In this document: positions 1 through 13,477 of the stretch, in pieces | Position numbering within the stretch: position 1 is the first letter of the stretch | Layout of the letters: every line of letters starts with the position of its first letter | Source: an uncultured Oscillospiraceae bacterium | GTDB taxonomy: Bacteria > Bacillota > Clostridia > Christensenellales > CAG-314 | DNA: 64,000 nucleotides | Assembly (NCBI GenBank): GCA_964483825.1 | Contig: CAZADD010000002.1 | Coordinates: forward strand, 5,485 to 69,484 | Direction: 5' to 3' | Notes under the pieces: generated by a model | Database searches by the model: none | What the model was told of the DNA's origin: nothing | Seen by the model: the letters and a program-made list of their open reading frames with translations, nothing else | Position numbers and translations under genes: made by a program

Positions 1-2
1 AC

Positions 3-1256
3 TTGCCGATTGTAGATTACCACTGTCACCTAGACCCAAACAAAATCAAGCAAGACGCTTGTTTTTCGGATATCGGCGAACTTTGGCTTGCCGGAGACCA
101 TTACAAGTGGCGTGCCATGCGGCTGTGCGGCGTGGACGAAGAATATATCACCGGCAAGGCTAGTTTCCACGATAAGTTTGTGAAATATGCGGAAATAATG
201 CCGCAGCTTATTGGCAATCCGCTTTACTATTTCACGCATTTGGAACTGAAGCAAGTGTTCGGTATTTGTGAGCCGCTGAACAAGGACAGTGCGGAACGCA
301 TTTATACGCAAGCAAACGAAAAATTGAAAACGCTGACGGTGCAAAAGTTGCTGAAGCATTTCAACGTGGAATATATCGCCACGACGGACGATCCTTGCGA
401 TGATTTGAATGCTCACGGCGTGTATGGTGGCACAAAAGTTGCACCCACTTTTCGCCCGGATAAAGCGTACAATCCCAAAGAGTATGTTGAAAAGTTGGAA
501 CACGCTGTCGGAAGAAAAATTACGACGGCGGACGAGTATCTGTCTGCTTTAATTGAACGGTTAGACTACTTTGTTTCCAAGGGATGCGTCATTTCCGACC
601 ATGGTTTCGAGAGGTTCCCTAAAGACTACGTCAACGACCAACAAGCGGAAAAACTGTTTGAAAATCGAAACCACTTAACCGAAGCTGAGTTGGAACAATT
701 TTTGGGCTGGTTGCTTGTAAAACTTACCAAAGAATACAAAAAGCGTAACGTTGCAATGCAAATTCATTTTGCCGTAATTCGCAATAACAACAAGGGAATG
801 TTCGCCCATTGCGGTGTTGACAGCGGTTTTGACCTAATCGGCGGAACGCAATGCGTAAAAGATATCGTAAGATTTTTCAATCAAGTAACGGACGAAGAAC
901 GCCCGAACACGGTGCTTTACACATTGAACGACAGCAATCTTGCCGAAATTGCATGCGTCACAGGTGCTTTTCGCAATGTACGCATGGGAGCGGCATGGTG
1001 GTTCAACGACACGTTGGAAGGCATAAAACGCAACCTCAAAACCGTTGCTGAGTACTCGGCACTGGGCACCAATTTGGGTATGTTGACGGATAGCCGCAGT
1101 TTTTCGTCGTACAGCCGTTTCGATTTCTTCCGTAGAATTCTTTCCGACTACATCGGCAACAAAGTGGAATCGGGAGAATACGACATGCACGCAGCAAAAA
1201 TGCTTGCGGAAAATATTTGTTACGGCAACGCAAAAACCTTGATACGCAATAATTAA
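3..1256 (+). CDS. uxaC: Uronate (glucuronate) isomerase, N-terminus cut off by window edge
   Basis: The frame runs in from nt 3. It has the 'VDYHCHLDP' metal-site motif near the start and is collinear with UxaC-type isomerases. Stop at 1254-1256. Confidence 0.9.
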   Translation: MPIVDYHCHLDPNKIKQDACFSDIGELWLAGDHYKWRAMRLCGVDEEYITGKASFHDKFVKYAEIMPQLIGNPLYYFTHLELKQVFGICEPLNKDSAERIYTQANEKLKTLTVQKLLKHFNVEYIATTDDPCDDLNAHGVYGGTKVAPTFRPDKAYNPKEYVEKLEHAVGRKITTADEYLSALIERLDYFVSKGCVISDHGFERFPKDYVNDQQAEKLFENRNHLTEAELEQFLGWLLVKLTKEYKKRNVAMQIHFAVIRNNNKGMFAHCGVDSGFDLIGGTQCVKDIVRFFNQVTDEERPNTVLYTLNDSNLAEIACVTGAFRNVRMGAAWWFNDTLEGIKRNLKTVAEYSALGTNLGMLTDSRSFSSYSRFDFFRRILSDYIGNKVESGEYDMHAAKMLAENICYGNAKTLIRNN

Positions 1257-1592
1257 AAATTTGGTTACTAGTGGCATTACATAAAAAGCAATTCACCATG
1301 CATTTGCCGTGCCGTTTTGTGGAGAGACAAACCGCGGAAGTGGCGGTTGCTATTTCGTGAACGTGCATTTGGGAGTGCGGTTAGTACTAATCGGGTTGCT
1401 TGCGTGTGCTAATAATGGCCGATACCAACTTTTTTCAATAATTGTTGCCATTGCTTGCGTTAAGCTGTTAATTTGGCGGAGCTTTAGTGTTTTGGTACTC
1501 AAATAAAAAAACTCAATTTCCGCAAAAAACTTGCAAATAGTACTTTGGGGCAGTCAAAACATTCAAATTGTAACCGTGTTTGGAGGTAAATT

Positions 1593-2321
1593 GTGATTAA
1601 ACTTACAAACGTTTCAAAATCCTACGCAAAGTCGCAAACTCTTGCAGTGGATAATCTGTCGTTAGAAATTCACGACGGCGAAATATTCGGCTTCCTTGGC
1701 CCAAACGGTGCGGGAAAGTCTACTACAATCAAAATGATCACGGGTATTTTGGAACCCACCGAAGGTTCAATTTTAGTTGACGGCATAAATATGGCCGAAA
1801 ACCCCGTTGTTGCAAAAAGTCGTTTGGGCTTTGTTCCGGATAATCACGAAAGTTACGAAACATTGAAGGGTATCGAATACTTGAACTTTATCGGAACAAT
1901 GTACAACGTGGAGAGTGCTGTGTTGAAGGCAAAAATTGAAGAATACGCTGCAATATTCGAACTTACCGATGCGTTGCCCAACATGATATCTTCCTATTCG
2001 CACGGAATGAAACAAAAATTGATGGTGATAGCGGCGTTGATACACAATCCCAAGGTTTGGATTTTGGATGAACCGTTAACGGGATTGGATCCGCAGTCGG
2101 CATATCAGCTTAAACGCCTTATGCGCAAGCACGCCGATGAGGGCAACACAGTATTTTTCAGTTCACACGTAATTGACGTGGTGGAAAAGGTTTGCGATAG
2201 AATAGGTATCATAAATCACGGAAAACTTGTTGCGGTGGATACTTTGGATAATATTCGTGCTGACGAAAACGTTTCGCTGGAAAGTATTTTCCTCACAATC
2301 ACTAATGACGGTGCGAAATAG
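1593..2321 (+). CDS. ABC transporter ATP-binding protein
   Basis: GTG start 6 nt after GGAGG (1582-1586). Walker A GPNGAGKST, signature-like SYSHGMKQK, Walker B VWILDEP. Confidence 0.9.
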   Translation: MIKLTNVSKSYAKSQTLAVDNLSLEIHDGEIFGFLGPNGAGKSTTIKMITGILEPTEGSILVDGINMAENPVVAKSRLGFVPDNHESYETLKGIEYLNFIGTMYNVESAVLKAKIEEYAAIFELTDALPNMISSYSHGMKQKLMVIAALIHNPKVWILDEPLTGLDPQSAYQLKRLMRKHADEGNTVFFSSHVIDVVEKVCDRIGIINHGKLVAVDTLDNIRADENVSLESIFLTITNDGAK

Positions 2322-2332
2322 TGGTGATAACT

Positions 2333-4042
2333 ATGAAAAAGTATCTTTCGCTAGTTAAGTTGGCATTTGTTCAACAATATCGTGCCAAGCCTACTAACGC
2401 AAAAAACAAACGGTCGGGTACAGTGATTGCATTCGTTGTGTTGGGTATTTGTTTTTTGCCCGTGCTTGTTGCAATGGCTGTGTTTACTTACATGTTGGGA
2501 AGTGTTACGGGGACGGACAGTCACATTGTAACGCTGTTAATTACCGTGTGCCAAGGGTTAGTACTGATTTTTGGCACGCCTTCCCTTTTAACAAACGTTT
2601 TCAACGGTAAGGATGCGGACAGACTGCTGTATTTGCCGATAAAATCCACAACGCTGTTTGCTGCTAAATTTACGGTAGTGTATTTGAACGAAGTTATCAC
2701 AACTGCGGTTACAGTGTTGTTTTTGTTGTTGCCTTACGGAATTGGCGCCGGTGCAACTGCGGCATTCTATTTGATGTTGCCGTTTGCGTTAGTGCTTGTC
2801 CCGGTGTTGCCGCTTCTTGTGGGTTGTGCTTTGGCCATTCCGGTTTCGGTGCTTCTTGCAAAAATTGGCAAAAACGGCATTGTGCGTACGGTTGTGCAAA
2901 TTGTGCTGTTCGCTGCAATTTTTGCCCTGTATATTTGGGGGTTCAGTAGCGTTCAAGGTGACAGCGTGGAAGGCGATACTTCCAGCATGCAAGAAATTGT
3001 TCTCGCATTGGTTCATCAACTTCAAGCAACCGGGCAAAACTTGCAATTTTTGCATTCCAATGGAATGTTGGCAGCGTCGACAGTTGCAACTTCGTTTGTT
3101 GGCTGGCTTGTTCCGTTTTTGATCACTTTGGCGGAAAATGCCGCATTATTTGCCGTGGTTATGTTAATTGCATGGCCGTGCTACCGCAAAATACTGTCAA
3201 GCTCGGTAGAAAGCGGTGGCGCTTTGGTGCGTCGAAGTACAACTCAAAAGCAATTGCAAGTGAAAAATAACGGTGTCGTCAAAGAATTGGTGCGTGCCGA
3301 CTTGAAACGCACGGCTCGCAACAGTCAAATGGGCTTCCAAGCGTTTGCTGGGCTGGTGCTAATGCCCATAATGATTTTGTTCTTTTTCTTTGCGTTTAAC
3401 GAAACGGATGTTGAAAGTGGCGCAAGTTTAATAGAAGTGTTGAGGGGCGATGCACTGTACCAAACTATTGCGCCGTTGGTAATTGTTGCATACATGTCCT
3501 TGTTGGGTATTGGCTCCAATGTCTTGGGGTTGTATCCCATTTCACGAGAAAACAACTCACTGTATTTACTGAAAAGTTTGCCGATAAGTTTTGAAAAAAT
3601 ATTGTTAGCAAAGGTTATCTTATCTACGGCCGTTATGGTGGCTGTCGATTTTGTGACAATCGTTTTGTCGGTAGTACTGTTCAAATTGCATTGGTACGTA
3701 GGTATTTTGATGTTTGCAACCATGGTTTTGCTTGGTTTTGGTGGAATGTGCATCACAACATTAATTGATTTGAAATCACCAAAACTCGGCTGGACAAATT
3801 TTAATCAAAGTTTGAAAAATGCCAAGAATTCTTGGCTTGCAATGCTTATCGGACTTGTAATTTTGGTAGCAATGGCGCTGATTGCAACGGTATTTATCGT
3901 TTGGTACAATGTCACGGCGCAAAAGCTTGCGTTGGTTTTGATGTGGGTTGTAATTTTGATGTGTGCGGCGTTGTTCGCTTGGCTGTCGCACAAAGTTATG
4001 GGGCAAAACGCTTCACGCTACTTTGCGAAAATCGAGGCATAA
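2333..4042 (+). CDS. Polytopic membrane protein, probable permease partner of the preceding ABC ATPase (putative ABC-exporter type)
   Basis: The frame opens at 2321, overlapping the ATPase stop. ATG 2333 (MKKYLSL) is the preferred start. 569 aa with many hydrophobic helices in two blocks. No catalytic motif recognised. Confidence 0.6.
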   Translation: MKKYLSLVKLAFVQQYRAKPTNAKNKRSGTVIAFVVLGICFLPVLVAMAVFTYMLGSVTGTDSHIVTLLITVCQGLVLIFGTPSLLTNVFNGKDADRLLYLPIKSTTLFAAKFTVVYLNEVITTAVTVLFLLLPYGIGAGATAAFYLMLPFALVLVPVLPLLVGCALAIPVSVLLAKIGKNGIVRTVVQIVLFAAIFALYIWGFSSVQGDSVEGDTSSMQEIVLALVHQLQATGQNLQFLHSNGMLAASTVATSFVGWLVPFLITLAENAALFAVVMLIAWPCYRKILSSSVESGGALVRRSTTQKQLQVKNNGVVKELVRADLKRTARNSQMGFQAFAGLVLMPIMILFFFFAFNETDVESGASLIEVLRGDALYQTIAPLVIVAYMSLLGIGSNVLGLYPISRENNSLYLLKSLPISFEKILLAKVILSTAVMVAVDFVTIVLSVVLFKLHWYVGILMFATMVLLGFGGMCITTLIDLKSPKLGWTNFNQSLKNAKNSWLAMLIGLVILVAMALIATVFIVWYNVTAQKLALVLMWVVILMCAALFAWLSHKVMGQNASRYFAKIEA

Positions 4043-4176
4043 CAATAAAAAGCGGTACGGAGCAACAGATTGTACTCAGGTTGCCTACAAAAAAAAATTA
4101 AAAACGCCTACATTTCGAAAAAATTGAGGCTGAATCAATATTCACTAAAAAATAAGTAAGGGAGTAAAAAACTACT

Positions 4177-5385
4177 ATGAAAAATGTTCTTGACGTGTTG
4201 AAAGAACGCGAATTCCTCAAACAAACCGTCTACGGAGACGAGTTGTACGAATTGCTTGGTAAAGAAAAAGTCACCTTTTATATCGGTTACGATCCGACTG
4301 CTGACAGTTTGACGGCCGGGCACTTTGTGACGCTTATGGCGATGGCACACATGCAACGCGCCGGTCACCGTCCCATAATTTTGATTGGCGGTGGCACGGG
4401 AATGGTTGGCGACCCCACGGGGCGCACGGATATGCGTACCATGATGACGAAAGAAACCGTTGCGCACAACGTTGAATGTTTCAAAAAACAAATGTCCCGT
4501 TTTATTGACGTTTCCGACGGCAAGGCAATTTTCGTAGATAACGGCGATTGGCTGTGCAGATTGAACTATATCGATTTCTTGCGTGACGTGGGCGTGTGCT
4601 TTTCCGTCAACAAAATGCTTACGGCGGAATGCTACAAACAACGTTTGGAAAAAGGTTTGACGTTTTTGGAATTCAACTACATGTTGATGCAAGCCTACGA
4701 CTTTTTGAAGCTTAACCAAGATTACGGTTGTGTTTTGGAAATGGGCGGCGACGACCAATGGAGCAATATGCTTGCCGGTGTGGATTTGATTCGCAGAAAG
4801 GAACAAAAACCTGCCTATGCAGCTACTTTTACGCTACTTACTACATCCGAAGGCAAAAAGATGGGCAAAACGGCCAAGGGGGCACTTTGGCTTGATCCAA
4901 ACAAAACTACGCCTTACGAATTTTTCCAATATTGGAGAAACGTTGAAGACGACCGCGTGGAAATTTGTTTGAAGTTGCTCACGTTCGTTTCTTTGGAAGA
5001 AATTTCCGAGCTTTGCGCTCACAACGATGAACGCATCAACGCTGCAAAAGAGCGCCTTGCCTACGAAGTGACGGCAATAGTTCACGGAAAAGAAGTGGCG
5101 GACGAAGTTTTAAAACAAGTTCGTGCGGCATTCTCACAAGATGCTGAAAATATGCCCACCGTTACAATTTCCGAACCAGGTAACATCATCGATATTTTGG
5201 TGAAGTGCGGATTGTGCAAGTCTAACGGAGAGGCACGCCGTTTGGTTGAAGGCGGCGGCGTTTCCGTTAATGACGAAAAAATTGCAAACATTGCTTGGAC
5301 GCTGAATCCTGAATCTTTGGAAAAAGGCGAGTTTGTTTTGCACAAGGGCAAGAAAATTCACTTGAAAGTTATCGTATCAAAGTAG
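4177..5385 (+). CDS. tyrS: Tyrosine--tRNA ligase
   Basis: Class I motifs: 'DSLTAGHF' (HIGH region) and 'KMGKT' (KMSKS). C-terminal S4-like 'SNGEARRLVEGGGVSVN'. AAGGGAG upstream of the ATG. Confidence 0.95.
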   Translation: MKNVLDVLKEREFLKQTVYGDELYELLGKEKVTFYIGYDPTADSLTAGHFVTLMAMAHMQRAGHRPIILIGGGTGMVGDPTGRTDMRTMMTKETVAHNVECFKKQMSRFIDVSDGKAIFVDNGDWLCRLNYIDFLRDVGVCFSVNKMLTAECYKQRLEKGLTFLEFNYMLMQAYDFLKLNQDYGCVLEMGGDDQWSNMLAGVDLIRRKEQKPAYAATFTLLTTSEGKKMGKTAKGALWLDPNKTTPYEFFQYWRNVEDDRVEICLKLLTFVSLEEISELCAHNDERINAAKERLAYEVTAIVHGKEVADEVLKQVRAAFSQDAENMPTVTISEPGNIIDILVKCGLCKSNGEARRLVEGGGVSVNDEKIANIAWTLNPESLEKGEFVLHKGKKIHLKVIVSK

Positions 5386-5409
5386 TGCAACGAATTTAAG
5401 TGCAAAACA

Positions 5410-6030
5410 ATGAAAGAATTTGTAACCATCGAAAACAAAGAAGTGATGACGGAAATCGTTATTGAAAAATCCCGTTTTATTGCGTCGGCAATTCACGTGG
5501 ATAACGTCGAGCAAGCCGTTGAATTTGTGAATGCCAAAAAGAAGCGCTACTTTGATGCTACGCACAACTGTTATGCCTATATCGTCGGCGACAAGGCAAA
5601 ATTCAGCGATGACGGCGAGCCGCAAGGGACGGCAGGACTGCCAATGTACGAATGCATAAAAAACATCGGCTTGGATTTTGTTTGTGTTGTCGTTACAAGA
5701 TATTTTGGCGGTGTCAAGTTGGGTGCCGGCGGCCTTGTGCGAGCGTATAGCGGTAGTTGTGCAAGTGTTTTGTCTTTGTGCGAAAAACTTCAAATGACGG
5801 ATTGTACCCGTTTGGACGTAACTGTAGACTATTCGTTGCTCAAAACGTTGCGCCGCGCTTTGAACGGCAAAGCAAAAGAAGAAAAAGTGGAATATTCCGA
5901 CAATGTAACTCTACAATACTTGATTCCGACGGTTTTGTATGATACTATTTCAGACATAATAGTGCAAAATACCCTAGGAAAAGCGCAAATTCAAGTAGTT
6001 GAGCGCACATTGTGCCATTTTTCGGTTTGA
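5410..6030 (+). CDS. yigZ: YigZ / IMPACT-family protein (UPF0029)
   Basis: 'IEKSRFIASA...ATHNCYAY...DDGEPQGTAG.P' is the typical YigZ N-terminal domain pattern. 206 aa. Confidence 0.8.
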   Translation: MKEFVTIENKEVMTEIVIEKSRFIASAIHVDNVEQAVEFVNAKKKRYFDATHNCYAYIVGDKAKFSDDGEPQGTAGLPMYECIKNIGLDFVCVVVTRYFGGVKLGAGGLVRAYSGSCASVLSLCEKLQMTDCTRLDVTVDYSLLKTLRRALNGKAKEEKVEYSDNVTLQYLIPTVLYDTISDIIVQNTLGKAQIQVVERTLCHFSV

Positions 6031-6194
6031 GTGTGAGTAATAACTAATTTCAATATTTGGTGCGTTATTCTAATCAAATTTCGTTGCAACATGTCAGTTG
6101 AACGGACAACCGTGTTCATGTTGTGTTGCTGTATTGGTGTTGCAAAGCGGTAGTTGATGCGTTTGTAAAACTTGAATTTACAAGGAGTTGTCGC

Positions 6195-6281
6195 ATGAAA
6201 AAGATTGTAATTTTTCTTTCGATATTGTTGTCTTTTTGTCGGGATACAATTTTTCCAATCAAAAAGTGGCAAAAAAGATGA
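6195..6281 (+). CDS. Candidate 28-aa signal-peptide-like micro-ORF (MKKIVIFLSILLSFCRDTIFPIKKWQKR)
   Basis: ATG 7 nt after a perfect AAGGAG (6182-6187). Hydrophobic N-terminus. Its TGA (6279-6281) overlaps ATG 6278 of the next frame (ATGA). It may instead be the frameshifted 5' end of the downstream ORF. Confidence 0.3.
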   Translation: MKKIVIFLSILLSFCRDTIFPIKKWQKR

Positions 6282-6604
6282 TTGAAAAGTACTCGGACGA
6301 TCAAAGCTGTGTGACGCTTGTTGGCGAAGTCGTAGAATTTCGTGAAAATAACGTCACGATTAAGTGTGCCGAGTTGAATAAATACATTAACTATCAAGGT
6401 GAGCTTTGCGAGTATTACGTTCACTGCAAAAAAACTTTGAATTTGTCAGTGGGGGATCAAATTGAATTTATAACCGTTCCTTTTCACTTTTTCAACGGGC
6501 ACAAGTTGCCGATAGTAGAGTTAAAAGTCGACGGAACTATGTTGTTGTCGCGTCAAGAAGGAAAAGCTGACCTAATTGCTTGGGTAAACACCAATTTCGG
6601 ATAA
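6278..6604 (+). CDS. Hypothetical protein (108 aa from ATG 6278; ORF-track frame opens at TTG 6188)
   Basis: Uninterrupted frame with host-like codon usage. No family recognised. Start uncertain (see finding). Confidence 0.45.
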   Translation: MIEKYSDDQSCVTLVGEVVEFRENNVTIKCAELNKYINYQGELCEYYVHCKKTLNLSVGDQIEFITVPFHFFNGHKLPIVELKVDGTMLLSRQEGKADLIAWVNTNFG

Positions 6605-6791
6605 TTGATAATGTGGAAAGTTCGCACTTTGCTTGCAAGGTGTGGATGCGCCGTCGTTTTGCATGCTAGAAGTATCAAAACGCCAGTTTGCAAATATTTT
6701 GCCTCAAGGCGGAATGGTTATTTCTTAAAGATTATATTCTGTGAATTTCATGCTGTTTTTGTGTGTAACAGCAAAAAAAAAGGAGGATTTT

Positions 6792-7436
6792 GTGTCCAAA
6801 AAATTAATCAAAGCAGGCACTTTGCTTGCTCCGTTGCCCGCCGTGATGGTCACGGTTGGCGATATGGAAAATTCAAATATTATCACAGTTGCTTGGACGG
6901 GCGTCGTTTGTTCTTATCCGCCACGCGTTTACGTTTCCATTCGTCACGACAGATTTTCCTACGATATTTTGCGTAACAGCGGAGAATTTGTTCTTAACTT
7001 AACATCGGAAAATTTGTTGCCTTGTTGCGATTATTGCGGCATTCGCAGTGGTCGTGACGAGGATAAGTTTGCGGAAATGGGTCTCGCGAAAGAGCCAGCG
7101 GATTTTGTCAAAACGCCGCTTATACAGCAATCGCCCATCAACTTGGAATGCCGTGTTTTTCAAACCTTGGAACTAGGCTCGCACGATATATTTTTGGCGG
7201 ACGTATTGGCGGTGCACGCCGACGAAAGCATTGTCGACGAAAACGGCGGAATTAACTATGCATTGGCAAAACTTGTCAATTATCAGCATGGCAACTACTA
7301 TGCAACGGGCAAGCAACTGGGGCGTTTCGGCTTTGCCGCTCAACGAAAATTTATCGCCAAGCACGGTAAAGGTGTTTCCGTCGATATGAAAAAAGCCACA
7401 CTCACTCATCGCAAACCTAACAAAAAAAGTAAGTAA
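6792..7436 (+). CDS. Flavin reductase-like (flavoredoxin family) protein
   Basis: GTG 5 nt after AGGAGG (6781-6786). 'LAPLPAVMVTVGD...NIITVAWTGVV...PPRVYVSIR' is the typical FMN-binding split-barrel pattern. Basic C-terminal tail. Confidence 0.8.
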   Translation: MSKKLIKAGTLLAPLPAVMVTVGDMENSNIITVAWTGVVCSYPPRVYVSIRHDRFSYDILRNSGEFVLNLTSENLLPCCDYCGIRSGRDEDKFAEMGLAKEPADFVKTPLIQQSPINLECRVFQTLELGSHDIFLADVLAVHADESIVDENGGINYALAKLVNYQHGNYYATGKQLGRFGFAAQRKFIAKHGKGVSVDMKKATLTHRKPNKKSK

Positions 7437-7450
7437 TTTTCGGAGGAATC

Positions 7451-11624
<4,174 letters not shown>

Positions 11625-11774
11625 GAATGATTTTTGTATCCAACCAAGCTAATTTTTGCGTAAAAATGTCAGAATGAACTTGCTTTTTCTTGCAACTTTG
11701 TTTTGCAATTCATGCAAAAATCACTTGCGCGGAGAAGTTTGATATTATTTGTAAATATTATTTGCAAATATCAA

Positions 11775-11803
11775 TTGAAAATTAAGTGCTTTTGTGTTAC
11801 AAT
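11775..11803 (+). promoter_or_regulatory. Sigma-A-type promoter candidate for yicC-gmk-rpoZ...
   Basis: TTGAAA (11775-11780), 17-nt spacer, TACAAT (11798-11803) preceded by TGt. 28 nt upstream of the yicC ATG. Confidence 0.4.
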
Positions 11804-11830
11804 ATATTGATTGAAAATTCGGGTGCTACT

Positions 11831-12709
11831 ATGAAAAGTATGACAGGGTACGGCAAGGCCGTCGCTTACAGAGACAACAAGGAACTTACTGTGGAACTTA
11901 AAAGCGTAAATCACCGCTTTTTGGATATCTCAACCAAAATGCCCCGTGCGTTTTTGGCATACGAAGATATGATTCGCAGTTTGTTGCAGCAAGGGCTTTC
12001 GCGCGGACACATTGACGTTTTTGTCAACTATCGTTTGGTGGAGTCGTCGGATAAGGAAGTTAAAGTGGATTTAACCCTTGCCGAAGGCTACGTGGACGCT
12101 GTAAATGCCTTGAAAAACAAATTTCCGAATTTGCGTGACGATTTCACTGTTTCTTCACTTATGCGCTGTGGTGATGTCCTCAATTTGGAACAAGTTGCCG
12201 AAGACGACCAAGTGCTGAAAGAAATGCTTGCGGAAGCCGTGAGCGGTGCAGTTGCGCAACTCAACGTCATGCGTGAAACGGAAGGCAACAAGTTGCGTAA
12301 CGACTTGTTGGGCAAATTGAACGTTGTTGAAGGTTTGGTGTCGCAAGTGAAAATTGTTGCGCCTACCGTTGCCGAAAATTATCGTGAAAAATTGCGTGTT
12401 CGCGTGCAAACGGCTTTGCAAGATGTTGTATTGGACGAATCCAAACTTGCCAACGAAGTGTGTTTCTTTGCCGATAAGTGCTGCATCGACGAGGAAATTA
12501 CCCGTTTAACGGCTCATATCGCTCACGCTCGTGAAATTTTGTCAACCGAAGAACCGGTTGGGCGCAAATTGGACTTTTTGGTACAAGAATTCAACCGTGA
12601 AACCAACACAATTTGCAGCAAATCCGTCAACGTTGATTTGACTAACGTTGCATTAGACTTGAAGAACGAAATCGAAAAAATTCGTGAACAAATACAAAAC
12701 CTAGAATAA
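11831..12709 (+). CDS. yicC: YicC/YloC-family stress-induced protein (endoribonuclease family)
   Basis: 'MKSMTGYGKA' N-terminus and conserved C-terminal 'GRKLDFL.QE.NRE.NTI.SK'. The ORF-track frame opens at 11786, but ATG 11831 matches the family N-terminus. Confidence 0.85.
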   Translation: MKSMTGYGKAVAYRDNKELTVELKSVNHRFLDISTKMPRAFLAYEDMIRSLLQQGLSRGHIDVFVNYRLVESSDKEVKVDLTLAEGYVDAVNALKNKFPNLRDDFTVSSLMRCGDVLNLEQVAEDDQVLKEMLAEAVSGAVAQLNVMRETEGNKLRNDLLGKLNVVEGLVSQVKIVAPTVAENYREKLRVRVQTALQDVVLDESKLANEVCFFADKCCIDEEITRLTAHIAHAREILSTEEPVGRKLDFLVQEFNRETNTICSKSVNVDLTNVALDLKNEIEKIREQIQNLE

Positions 12710-12724
12710 CAAAAGAGGTAAATT

Positions 12725-13297
12725 ATGGAAGAAAAGAAAATGGGCAATCTCATCATCATTTCCGGTCCCAGTGGAGCGGGTAAGGGAACAATTTGTGCGG
12801 AACTTATGCGCCAAATGCCCGATTTGGTAATGTCGTGCTCGGCAACCACTCGTGCTCCCCGTCCTAATGAAAGAAAAAACAGAAGTTATTTCTTCGTTTC
12901 CACCGAAACTTTCTTGGAAATGGTGCGTAATAACGAATTATTGGAATACGATCAACATTTTGAAAATTACTACGGCACGCCCAAAAAGTTTGTTGTAGAT
13001 ATGCTCAATTTCGGTAGAGACGTTATTTTGGAAATTGACGTTAAAGGTGCGTTGCAGGTCAAGCAAAACTATCCAGATAGCATCCTGTTCTTTATCGAAG
13101 CACCCAGCGAAGAAGAGCTTTACGACAGATTGATCAAGCGTGGCTCGGAAACACCGGAAAAAATTCAAATTCGTATGGCTCGCAACAAGCTTGAGCTTGC
13201 GCAACGCAGCAAGTACGATCATTGCATTATGAACGACAACGTCGACAGAGCCGTTGCCGAAATTATCGAAATTTTGAAAAAAAGGAGTAAAAAATGA
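12725..13297 (+). CDS. gmk: Guanylate kinase
   Basis: P-loop 'SGPSGAGKGT' and 'TTR.PR..E' motif. Conserved position before rpoZ. Confidence 0.95.
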   Translation: MEEKKMGNLIIISGPSGAGKGTICAELMRQMPDLVMSCSATTRAPRPNERKNRSYFFVSTETFLEMVRNNELLEYDQHFENYYGTPKKFVVDMLNFGRDVILEIDVKGALQVKQNYPDSILFFIEAPSEEELYDRLIKRGSETPEKIQIRMARNKLELAQRSKYDHCIMNDNVDRAVAEIIEILKKRSKK

Positions 13298-13473
13298 TTA
13301 CAAATCCACCTATTGACGAATTGACGGAAAAGGCCGGCAACAAATACGCACTTTGCTGTGTGGTTGCCAAGCGTGCAAAGGAAATTAACAACAGTCCGGA
13401 TGCTCCGCAAAGCAAACCCATTTCCTATGCTGCGGAAGAATTCGACGAAGGTATAACCGAAATCAAAAAGTAG
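13294..13473 (+). CDS. rpoZ: DNA-directed RNA polymerase subunit omega (59 aa; below the ORF-track cutoff)
   Basis: My translation is MITNPPIDELTEKAGNKYALCCVVAKRAKEINNSPDAPQSKPISYAAEEFDEGITEIKK. 'NKY.L...AKRA' is the RpoZ signature. The ATG overlaps the gmk stop (ATGA). Canonical gmk-rpoZ-coaBC position. Confidence 0.8.
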   Translation: MITNPPIDELTEKAGNKYALCCVVAKRAKEINNSPDAPQSKPISYAAEEFDEGITEIKK

Positions 13474-13477
13474 AGCT

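Noticed and set aside
1309-1506. 65-aa ORF upstream of the ABC transporter, considered as a possible bacteriocin or leader-peptide precursor
   Set aside because: Non-ATG start without an SD, no double-glycine or lanthipeptide-type leader, and no modification genes nearby.
6605-6976. 123-aa + strand ORF overlapping the flavin reductase start
   Set aside because: It is out of frame with the flavin reductase, which has AGGAGG-N5-GTG at 6792. No motif, Cys/Arg-rich junk composition.
11786-11830. Upstream N-terminal extensions given by the ORF track for several genes (yicC 11786, rlmN 19443, rsgA 20515, rpe 21407, deacetylase 22723, rny 33364, lipoprotein 35659, pheS 42260, kdgK 61069)
   Set aside because: In each case an internal ATG with a better SD matches the family N-terminus, or avoids a long overlap with the preceding gene.
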